This document shows positions 16,101 to 26,653 of a stretch of 64,000 bases of DNA, piece by piece (position 1 is the stretch's first letter; each line of letters begins with the position of its first letter). The stretch is taken from positions 600,248-664,247 of the forward strand of contig NMRA01000009.1 in the NCBI GenBank assembly GCA_002633005.1, in the 5' to 3' direction. Both the position numbers and the translations under genes were made by a program. The notes below the pieces were generated by a model, which was not told the origin of the DNA, ran no database searches, and saw nothing but the letters and a program-made list of their open reading frames with translations. The stretch comes from Phoronis australis. Taxonomy: Eukaryota; Animalia; Phoronida.

Positions 16101-19100
16101 ATAGCGTGGCTATTTTGAAAGTCAGCTATTGGGCACGGCTGACGATGTCAATGGTTGGGACAAAGTTCAGAATTCAAAATTGTAAGAGTTTGGGTTTTTA
16201 GATTTAATACAAAAGGTCATGCATTTTCTCTGAAATGAATCATCTGAACTAATGTTTTAACAATGCCTGCTGGCGGAACACGCTCTCTTTGATCTCTTGA
16301 TCAAGAAAACATGTAAACCTAGCAGCATGGTCAGGACACTGAGCTCACAATCAAGACCATGGTTTTGTAACGGATGTTAACATTCAGAACTTGCAAACCA
16401 ACATAATTGGATGGTTATTGTAGCAGAGCCACTTGAAATTAAAGCCGTGTGCCAGACACGAGTCATGTATTTTTTTCCTTAATTCAACTCAGGCCTTCTG
16501 CCCTCAGTTCCAAGTAAACTTTACATTACAGAATTGTTTTGTTCAAGTATTTTAATAGCCCAATAGTATTTCTGTCACTCAGCACAGCACGGGAGGGAGA
16601 TAAACTGCTCTTGGTTTCAAGTTGCTTAAGGCAAAAATAACAACCAAGACCTGCACAAAAGTAATAGTATTCACATGAGACACACTAATTAAAGAATTGA
16701 GTTTACATTTAAAGATTATGCAGTTTCATATTCAGTTTCAAAGTACTTTCCCACAAAACAACACTATCAGAAGAAGATAGGAGTTGCAAAAAATACCAAC
16801 TGGTATTAACACTTACACAAAGTGATGACCTTCTTGAAATAATTGTTTGTTCAAGTGAAGACATGTTTAGGTTGTGTGAGAAATAATGACCCTTAATGAC
16901 CCTTTTTGTCAGGATAATTTCTAATTAACATCTGTGACACCACTTGTGTTGACAATTTGTCTTGTGTTTATAATTCACCCTATTGGACCTTCAAAATGAT
17001 ATGAAAACACACTAAATAAGGCTAGATAACTTACAAGTGACAGCTGATTACTATACAAAGCAGACAAGAACTTGTGAGCACCAAATTACAGCAAAAAACT
17101 GACTGACAAATGTGTGTTTAGAAAATTTAAGAATTTTGAAGCCAAAACTGTGGGCTAATTCTTTAGCTTGGATATTCGTAATCTTTGATTTCCTTTATGC
17201 TCTCAAATAACTTCAACAAAGCTCGATAGATATTGACATAATGCCATCATACTTCTGGCTGAAACTGCACATGAGAGCCAGAGAACATATTTTGGTCTGA
17301 CTCAAACATCTTGTTTCCATAAACACTGTGCTCCATTACCAAGGAGGAAATATTTCCTTTCAACTTGGGAGTTTTTATGACCTTAACAATCTTCAGAAGC
17401 TCTGATGTGCAGCATTCCTTGCCCAATACATTTACCATTTGCTCAAAGTATATTTATATTCCTGATCTTTAACATCAGCTGGCCTGACTTTTTGTTTACG
17501 AGTAAAGAATAAAAACTAAAGTAATTCTTCACTTATGGCTGATAAGTGAAGTTCTGTTTTGTTAAATTTCTGCACAAAAGTAAAAATTAAGAACATTTTA
17601 ATCAAGCACGACTTGCAGAGTGGAGAGATGATAAAGCAATATATGCCCATGTTGTCATTAGTTACAAAAAGGTAATCAGCCACTGAAAAATTGAAAAATT
17701 AACATTTTAGCAATTATTTTTGTGTGAAATATGGGGTAAACAGAAAAGATAAATGTGACTCACCAAATGGACAGTAATTTAGGTACTATTTATTTATCTA
17801 ATATTTCTGCACTATACTGTTTTTATCAAAAACTAAAGTTAATTTGGTAAGTACAAAAGACTTCTAGCTTAATTACGCACTTATGACAGCAGGGGGGCAC
17901 TTATGACAGCAGGGGGGGGGGGGNATGCCAGCGGAACTCACAGCTCAATGTGGTCTTCCGATGAAAGTGAAAACATGAACCTCTTTCAAACTCAAAGTAA
18001 CCAGGTCATAACCCCACTCCATAACTCAATGATCAGTTTTAGGCATTGTAACTGACCTAGGTGTCAACACATGACTTTGATATTTCTTTCTGTTGTTGGC
18101 CTATGTAGAAATTGCTGTATGTAAAACAACATGTTTTCTTGAGCAACCAGATATGATATATCTATTGTCTGAATGGTTGTCAATAAAAGAACTAAATTAA
18201 TCATCGCAGTCAAAATTAATTCACAATGGCACGTTTTAATAGACATGGTTAAATGTCCAGGTGTAATAAAACCAGTCAACAGGTAAGTAACATGTGGGTG
18301 AGTGTGTGGGAAAAAGAGTTCATTGACAATGCTGTGGCAGCATTAAACATCAATTATGGATGTAACTGACTTTAAGCCGACATACTTTATCACAGCCTAG
18401 GTTGAAGAAGAATATTTGCGGCCCTGTCTCCCAGTAACACAACTCCTGTCAGTGACCAGTGAAGGGCTACAATGTTGACCTTTCGTTTTACCTATCGTGG
18501 GAACTTCACATTATTATCAAATTTTAACTGCGAAGTAATCAAGCAGAATTATTAAAGAAAAATTATCAGGCAGGAGCGACTACCACAAATACAGCGTTGG
18601 GGTCTTGTTTCTGATCACAGCACTGTAAGCAGAGACATTGACGCTGTTTTATTTAGTGTGTGCACTGTCCTTTCTATCACAAACATAAGTAAACAGTACC
18701 TGAGTTACAAGAGTCTTTAAGTTCAAACAAAACTTAACACGGCAACCAAATAAATGCAATTGAAATGCCAAAAATAAATGTTTGCAATCCACCCTAGTTC
18801 CCACACAGGTATTCACAAGTAGGACTTCTCTTCCTTGAGCAAACAAACCTTAAAAGCTTGAAGTGGCGACAATAAAGTAATTGAAAAATTTGTCAAAACC
18901 AGAGGTAAACGAAAAATGAAAGACAACAATGCAGCAACCATGTAATAAGACTACAGACTTGTGAGTTTGTATGGAGTTTGGTGAATTAAACTTGAGTCGT
19001 ATTCAATGGAAAAACAGCTAGCAATTGAACTGGCCACAAAGCAGACCTTTGCAGGCAGTGAACTAGGTATGATTAGTTTTGTGAGTTCCAAAATTGTTGG

Positions 19101-22100
19101 TAGGCTAACAAATGAGCTATTGATGTAGACTCTTTTAATCGGTGTAATGGACTATTGATGTAGACTCTTTTAATGGGTGCAAAGCAGATTGGAATATGGA
19201 GTCATAAAGGATAAATAATGAATAAGGAAATCAAAGTGTCCCCTAATGTTTACATACAGTCATATGATGTGCCAAGTATAGAACAAAGACAGCACTAAAC
19301 ATACTTAGCTTCACCCAAACCAACACTGAAAGGCTTCCATAGCTGGACCAAGAACATAACTGTTATTCAAACTGGTCTCATTGAAAAATTGTCATTTAGT
19401 GTAACCTGAATTGATCAGTTTGCCAAGGCGGCCATTCAAACACATTACATTTCAAGTGGGACCTCTACTTTGGAGATTTAATATCACTTTAGAGCTTTGA
19501 AAACCCTTAATCTGAACCTTGACTCCGAATTACTAATTTTAATGACCTACACAACACAACGTCTAGTGTCCTTTGAGTTGCTGTGACAGTCACAACATTG
19601 CAAACTTTCAGATCAATCTTAAGACTTTTAGGGTTCACAAGAGAACAAATAATTTGACAAGTAAAATAGCTGCTCTTTATCAAGCAGCAACGCATCACAC
19701 TTACGGTGAATAAATGAAGACTAACTATTGTTGAAATATTATCCAGTTTCTAAACTAAGCCTGGTTTAAATAACCACGGCTTTGAGACGCCTGATAAAGT
19801 TTAAATACAGGAAACGTGGCTGGTAAAAAACATGGCTCAACACGCATAACGTAAAAATAGAACATTTTTTACACACAAAAATCATTTGCTGAAGCTGCTA
19901 TACAATGAGAGTTATGAAGATGTTCTAATATCTTAGAGTCCACTTACCCTCCATGGTATCTTTTGGTACTTTCTTAGACATCATCTCGAGATCGTAAGAA
20001 AATGAAAACCGTCCTGTTGTGGCAGTGTTTGCACTAGCTTCAATAAATAGCATTATTTTTTCACCCTTTGCAACATCAAAGCATATCTCCTTTGCCATCG
20101 TTGAGTTAGCACCAGTTAATGTATTGACGACACTGAGTTTTGCATTAACTACGCGTGATATTTTCACTGTTGTATATTGAGCAGTAGCTGTATAGCAGGC
20201 TTGGAATGCCTCTGGAGATGCTGATAACTGCATGGTTATACGTAGAGCACCGTTTGGAGAGTTCCATGTCACCTCACCCTCTGAGCACTGGGCGAGAATA
20301 TTCTTGATACCTGCCATCCGACTCTTATCATCCCTGCAAAAAATCATTAACATTGCCTTAATCCTTATGAACCTGAAACGTTTATTGCATAATTAAAAAA
20401 CAACAACAAACTACAAGGAAAACTCATTTAAAATTGAACCCTCATTCGGTTGTTTAAGTTTAAATATGCCAGTTTACTCAATAGCACACCATCATGTGAC
20501 ATGCTAATATCTAGCATTGTGCAATGGCTAAGATTTTAGAATGTTCTTGGAGAATTAGTAATTTGCATCAATTATACCGCATAAAGATGTGGAATTTGGA
20601 TAAGGAAGCAGATAGGATATTCAGAATGCAGACCATATGCTCAAAATAATCAAATTTTTATGTCTGTATTGTACGGTAAGTGACTAATCGACAGTGAAAC
20701 TTTACTGACATCAGAATGAGAAATGACAAACTCTCAGCAATAATGTAAGCTAGTGATACTATAGCATAATTATAGTGACAACTGTGGACCAAGTACCCTA
20801 CAAAAACACACACACACAACAGTGCGGGCAAATATTGCAGAATCAGAGAGGGCATTGTCATATACCAGGACGTGGCTGCTGACGACCTGTTGGACACTAT
20901 TCTAATTTTCTGTTTCAATTGAACGTGACAGGCGCAAGCCAGCAACTTAAGATTGCTGCCTCAGAGGACTGTGTCTCCTTCCAACTTCTTGGGTTGTTTA
21001 TGCTCCCTGTTTTATGAGTCTTACACTTCATTACCATGAGGCAAAGCCTACAGACAGATTATTTATCTTGATAGAATATTTTGCAATGCCTGACTGACCA
21101 TAATAATAACATGAGCAAGCCAGAGGGTTGATATGCACTCACTGTGTGCATCACATACAAAGCAAATATAAGAGATAATCACTATTGTACAGCTTCATTA
21201 TAGGCATATAGGCTTACATATGAACATATCTGTGAATGGGATGATTATAACCAGTGTTCAATCAACATCCCTGAACTCTACAACTGCAGTGTTTTTGTAA
21301 ACATTTCCATCCATTTCCAAGTGTCTGCACCAATCAAACAAGGCATCACCATACCAATTTCATTGCCACATGACACAAAGTCAACAGTCATCCTACCCCT
21401 AACTCAAACAGCATCTTACTGCATATCTAACAACTACAGTTTCGTTTTCATTCTAAAATAACTTTTGTAAAACTGTTTACAATTTCTTTTTAACAGGACT
21501 TGTTTACTAAAGTGTGGTCTGCTCACTTGAGAATCTGTAAAACATTCTGTTGTTGATTTGGTTTTCCAAAAACTAGCGAGTTATTGATTGCAGAATAATT
21601 GCAGGACTGGCTGCAAGCACATGGTGTCACTCAAGCGTGGCAGAGATCAGTGAGATATGGTTATAGACTGTGGACCAGCTTGCACTTGATGAAAAAAACA
21701 CCTGAAGAAGTTCTCCACAGATGGAGCTACAAACTTCACGTGTAAACAATACGTGTGACTGCATTCATTGGATCACTCAGTACAAGCCAGGTTACTGTTC
21801 AGTATTTTATGCGACTATTTGACAAAAACTAGTAAGATATGACCAGCTTTAAAACAGAATGAATGCAGCTTATAAAACCTCAAGAGACCCAGAGAAATGC
21901 TCAGTTCTGCATTTGAAATGTGTGTACTTAGCATAGTTCATTACAAATCTTTGAAATCTAAAGTTACTATTAAGGGCTTTTCACACTAACTTCAACATGT
22001 CCATGTTTTGGGGAGTTGGGGTCAGTATGAATGGTTAACTTCGGTCCTAGATCGAAGTTGACTGCGACAGTCAATTAGCACGTCATATTTTCCCAGTACT

Positions 22101-25100
22101 ACTTTGTGATTACTTCGATGACAACAACGTCACCTATCATTTGCTTCGATAAATGTTAACTGCCGAAGCCGGTAAAACGGTTTAGTTAACTTCACAGTTT
22201 ACACCGACAATCTGCTCAGACCGAAGATAAGTCGGTACAAAAACGGCTTTTAAGCATAGAGATAATATGAACTACCGTGTCTGCTACATTTTGCAGTCTA
22301 GACAAATAATCGTCCAGCAGGGCACTCAAACTACTACTTTAAGTAAGTCTGACATCTCACATGAGTTAGTGAATATGTTTGGGCAAAATGTTTTTATACA
22401 AGGCTTTTCATTGGCTTGGCTAAATATCACACTTTTGTTAACTAACTACCAATGCTTTTAGCGAACTGTGGGCCATTTATAAATAGCGCAGTGTTTCCAT
22501 GCCTATAACATACTGGGCGGCCAGTTACACTCCTTCTTCTTACCGCCACTCGTAAGTCATGTCCAAATCGACTGCCACATGGGGAAAACTTCACCGCCAT
22601 GTAAAAATCGCTAGCAAAAATAATGGCTAGTAATAATCAATATGCACAAGTCACACGGTTACCGTTACCGTTTGTGGATATAGTGGGAAATATAACTTGA
22701 CATAAAATTGGATTTGTCTACATGGACTAGATTATACAGGGTCTGCTATACTTGTAGAATGCATGAGACTGTACCAAATTACATCTAGTTCTTCAAATTT
22801 TGTGTAGGAAAGGCCCACCACCACCAACACACTCCCCGCCCACCAGAGGATCTCACTTCCCATATTCGCATGCAGCACTGAGTTCTAAATGCACTGCGAC
22901 CATTCACCACCATGCTCCTTTCAAAACCCAGGAGAACCAAATAACAAAAACTACTTTTAAATATCAGAAATGCATTGTGAAGTACAAATGGTTTATATAG
23001 TGGGATGTTAGTATATAACATGCTACAAAACTAGAAAGTGAACTATTAATATATTAAGAAATATGTGATACCACAAACGCCACCTTACATGGACAACCAG
23101 TCATTTTTTAAGCATCCTTAGAGTAGCTGAACAGAATTTTCTCTGTCACCAAGACAACATGCCCCAAGTTCAACTCCTTGTATATTGTGTATTATGTAAT
23201 TTCAGATACCATGTCTCATAGAACCATAGCCATCAATTTATGTATAAGAAAATTCTTTGAGGATAAACTTATGTGTATTGAAAATAAAAAGTGCAACCAG
23301 GAGAGAAGGAGACTATATTTCCTGAGCCTTTACAAAGCTGGACAACAAGTGTGACTCTATTTCCTAGGCCTCCTAGGCCATTACACAGCTGGACAACAAG
23401 TGTAGGAGGAAGTTACTTTGCAAGATGGGAACTTAAAGTCCTTCAATAATTGAAAACTTCTTACCAATAGAAAATATATCTTGAGTGTACAATTACAAAA
23501 ACATGCTCATTGAATCCTTGACACACTGAAAAGTGTCCTCCATTATCTCAGGTAGTCAGGGAAAACATGTCCTCCACTGATCAAAGCTATAATAGGATAT
23601 TTAATAGTTTACTTAAAAGGGAATGTCTCAATAACAAGTATTCACTTTGTATCACTATCATTGTATACACTGTCTCATGATTTTCAGCTGCTCTCTGTAA
23701 AAACTCAACCTCCCAGTACTAACAATGCAAAACAATTGTTAAAAATAAATTGAGCGTTGTTTATGGTGTCCAAGTGTTAGACAACAAATTATGATCTGAA
23801 ATTCAAAAATTTCAATAGGTGAGTGACACTGATGCATGAAGCGTAACAATGTATTGTGAAAGATGAAGATCACCTCCCAGCTGAGGCATTGTGTATGGTG
23901 TATCTGAGAGAAGTAACAGCCATGATGGGCCATGAAATAAGATCAAGAAGGGTATCAGGTACATGTCTACATTAACAATAGTAGTATAGACACTGCAGGT
24001 AAACATGAACATTAATCTTGCCAAGGAAACAGGTAATGAGAATTATGAAATTCCCTTCTACTTTCAAAGACATAAATATAATAAAATTGATGTGGAAATT
24101 ACTATGTTCTGAATTGTGTTGCACGTTTTCAATAAAGAGAAGAGATTGACTTGTAGTTTAGAGTGTTTACCATTAATTCTGGTGCCACTTAATTATGTAC
24201 AGTAAAAATTAAAAAATTGGGACTAAAACAATTGCTGAAATCGCCATATTTCAAATTTTCAGTAGCTTACCACATTGTTGCTGTTTGGGAATACCTATGC
24301 CACACAAACTAAAACAGTAAAGTAAAATTTTCTGAAAAATTATGTTTTGTTAAGAAATTTGACAAAAATAAATTTTCACCTGTACATCATGTTGTGTCCC
24401 AAACTGAGGAATGTTTGCCGTACTATTTTTCCTGTAATTTGATAATAATTTGATAATAATTTGATAATACAACCATGGAATATGATTAAGTGTATTCTTA
24501 ATTTTAGGCAATTGAAAACAAAAAGCATCAGAATATTGGTATTCGCTTCTGTACTATGGAAATTCTGTTTGAAATGTCTAGTGAAAGTCAAGCATTCCAT
24601 GAATTCCTTCCATTTTAACAGAAAACTAAGGTCTCTACAGATAGAGATTCAAATAAACAGCTAAGGTATGATACATGTTTCTGTTACAATATACATACAA
24701 TTAGACACCCTCCATAAATAAATTAGGCAATCTTGCATTTTGAAGGTCTGGGCTTCAAACCTTCGTTGTAATTGTTTTTAACATCCAAATTGACAATTAA
24801 TACTTTTTATGTAAGTTGAGTCTTCTTATTCAAAAACAATTTTATTTGAAATTATGCAATAACCACGCAATTATCTCACACTATAAACTTCAAAGCTCAA
24901 CACATAATTTTTTGTACCTCATAAACAGAAGAGTGCAAAGAAAAAGTTGGACCTTGAACATCAATAACCGGACACTAAACCTTGAGCCTTCAAACAAATG
25001 ACGTTTCTAAACTTAACCATACCCTTTGAAGAAATACATTTGACCTTTTGAAGCAGTTAGGAAGCATCAAAATGATTTACATAATTAAGACAATTAAAGT

Positions 25101-25833
25101 ACAGTACCGTAGGTTTGACTTTACTTTAATTTAGACCCCCAAAATGCAAGATTACAATAATTTGATACAACATGACTAATGCACTGCAACTGATAATTCT
25201 CTAAAAAGATACCAAATTAATGAAACTGATTAAATTCCAAATACCTTTAGAGAAGAAAAAAGACTCAAGATTTTTGGAGCTTTGACTAAGTTTATCACAA
25301 AAATTTATAAATGAAAAATGTACTAAATTAGAATCAGCATAATACAGAATGACTGGTTAAGTCTAAGCACACATTTCAATTCCCAATCTGATCAGCAAAT
25401 ATTCCATGGTACACCTCTTGGGCAAAGGGCATTTAAACCTTCAACAAACAAAATTTGCACTTTTGCAAATCATGTGTGGTTCGTGTATTTGTGAACTTAC
25501 CAACAATCTGCATCTGGCTGCAATAGTTCATTACATTAAAGACACACAGAAATAGTTGAATATCTGATCTACACCTAGCAGCTATAAAATGCATACAAAA
25601 GCTAAGTGCCTTGATGTCATATGTGACTCCTTTTACAACAGGTGGTTTCGAAAACGATGAGAAGCGATTATTATTTCAACTTAAATCACGGGAATTATTT
25701 TAAACTTTACTTACCATATAGTTGTTCTGCATTGGTCCGAGTCTACCTGGGCTTCAACGCACATTTCGAAAAGTGTTACCAGCACGATCAAAGAACGGCC
25801 CAAGTCGGTGGCCATATTAGAGACCCACTTCAT
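3794..25833 (-). CDS. METRNL: Meteorin-like secreted protein, complete 4-exon gene: join(complement 25715..25833, 19948..20333, 11871..11927, 3794..4134), 903 nt, 300 aa
   Basis: All three introns are GT-AG with compatible phases (2,1,1) and the spliced frame is open. It has an N-terminal hydrophobic leader, meteorin motifs QCSEGEVTWNSPNGALR, ECRPCTDEEILDSFCSSDFVV, LKCG, GSGEFLITGKMRLG and QCAPR, and 10 Cys in the mature part. Co-orthologous to vertebrate METRN and METRNL. Confidence 0.93.
4365..4446. repeat. 24-bp tandem repeat x~3.5
   Basis: aaattctgaatcaggacagagggc. Confidence 0.85.
5354..5545. repeat. 16-bp minisatellite x12
   Basis: caagttatggttattg. Confidence 0.95.
6933..8592. mobile_element. 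Non-autonomous TIR DNA element, ISL2EU-like (AT TSD), with an internal minisatellite and a ~750-bp secondary insert
   Basis: caAT|AGCGAACTTT ... AAAGTCAGCT|ATtg. The internal sequence matches a second copy at about 15747-16127. Confidence 0.6.
7201..7621. repeat. 38/39-bp minisatellite x~11 inside a MITE
   Basis: aatgtatgggacatgatgtc(c)ttcatctatggatatttc. Confidence 0.95.
9107..9455. repeat. 50-bp minisatellite x7
   Basis: cacttttaaatgtccatgcttgaagatagcaagtttttactgaaggacat. Confidence 0.95.
11871..11927 (-). CDS. METRNL: Meteorin-like exon 3 (57 nt, ECRPCTDEEILDSFCSSDF)
   Basis: tttccag acceptor, G|gtgagt donor, phase 1-1; carries the hallmark CRPC...C-SDF motif at the start of the NTR-like domain. 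Confidence 0.93.
14962..15172. repeat. 69-bp tandem repeat x3
   Basis: aaaaggcaatacaggccatcccaagtaagt... at 14962, 15031 and 15100. Confidence 0.95.
15285..15680. repeat. Dispersed repeat fragment (inverted relative to 21973-22260) with a 30-bp tandem repeat at 15380-15492
   Basis: 15301-15386 matches the reverse complement of about 22093-22178. Both copies carry the aacttcg...cgaagtt palindrome. Confidence 0.55.
15747..16127. mobile_element. 5'-truncated second copy of the 6933-8592 MITE family
   Basis: Shared blocks tttatcagt..gactat..gaaatgtatgggacatg, ctgtttataccacta, aggtggcgct and gaaagtcagctattg. Confidence 0.65.
19948..20333 (-). CDS. METRNL: Meteorin-like exon 2 (CUB-like region)
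   Basis: tttgcag acceptor, G|gtaagt donor, 386 nt; encodes CSEGEVTWNSPNGALRITM. Confidence 0.92.
21973..22260. mobile_element. DNA-transposon-like fragment, possibly Harbinger-type end
   Basis: Begins taa|gggcttttcacact; homologous to 15285-15680 in inverted orientation; no second end found. Confidence 0.4.
25715..25833 (-). CDS. METRNL: Meteorin-like exon 1 (signal peptide, MKWVSNMATDLGRSLIVLVTLFEMCVEAQVDSDQCRTTI); alternative ATG at 25815
   Basis: ATG at 25833, donor TG|gtaagt at 25714. Phase 2 joins exon 2 to give Trp. Not in the ORF track because it is short. Confidence 0.85.
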
Positions 25834-26638
25834 CCTTAAATCTGTGGCATTTCCTTGTCAATTAAGTTCCCGAAATCTTAGTTCGGTATGAACAGAGTGT
25901 AGTCTGTTGTAATCCATGTTTTAGGAAATCGATATTACTCCTGGACTCTCACATGTTTGGTGTGAGATGAATAAGTAAACTGGTGAAAATAAACGTCACA
26001 TAACTCCTCAATACACGACCCGTCAACCAAACCAAAGACTCTATTGACACTGATTGTAGTTAGACACGCGCGAAACTCAACATTAAGACGAGTCCATTGA
26101 ACGTTTGGGGGCCCGCAAAGTTTGCTGCTCAATCAGGGACTGATTGGGTGCATGTTTGTCGCATTAAATAAGAAAAATTTCGTAAACAGCATTTCGAACT
26201 AACGGGTCTTTAAATCTTCTGGATCAGCATTTCCACAAAGGAGAGACCTGATACCATGAATATGAATAGTAATAACTTCTAACTTATAGTGTCGGGTACA
26301 ACTAGGAACCAGTACGTTGGCTAAAGACAGACGGATTCATGTAGCTTAGGTGCCTACAAGGTTAGCTCAGTGAATATTTTAGCGACAAGCTACAGCGTTA
26401 ACGTGGGGGGTTGTTTTTGGGAGTCCAACTCCTACACTTAGCGACAGCAGGGGACTAGAGAAAAAGGCACTTTTAGCAAGACAAACCCACCCCTGTCAGC
26501 CGACGATCCCAACAACAAACTTTTCAAATCACGTGACCAAACTATTGGCAAGATGGCTGCCCCCACAACCTTGAATTCAATTATGTGAATGACTCCAACC
26601 TACCGGCTGCCACCTCTTTCTATGTCTCAAGAAAATTG
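25834..26638. promoter_or_regulatory. Putative bidirectional promoter and 5' leaders shared by meteorin-like (-) and QTGAL (+)
   Basis: Divergent start codons about 0.8 kb apart; CpG-richer than the flanks. Motifs: CTGATTGG (inverted CCAAT) 26140-26147, E-box TCACGTGAC 26529-26537, ATTGG 26544-26548, YY1-like CAAGATGGC 26549-26557. Confidence 0.65.
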
Positions 26639-26639
26639 A
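26553..26639 (+). promoter_or_regulatory. Two tandem uORFs before QTGAL (26553..26588, 11 aa; 26589..26639, 16 aa)
   Basis: ATG GCT GCC...ATG TGA|ATG ACT...AAT TGA; the last TGA overlaps the QTGAL ATG (TGATG). Confidence 0.5.
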
Positions 26640-26653
26640 TGATGATCGATGTG
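26639..26653 (+). CDS. QTGAL: QTGAL exon 1 coding part (MMIDV)
   Basis: ATG ATG ATC GAT GTG|gtaagg joins in phase 0 to SIILPVHN, giving the GT2 start motif DVSIILP. The true start is uncertain (see findings). Confidence 0.7.
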
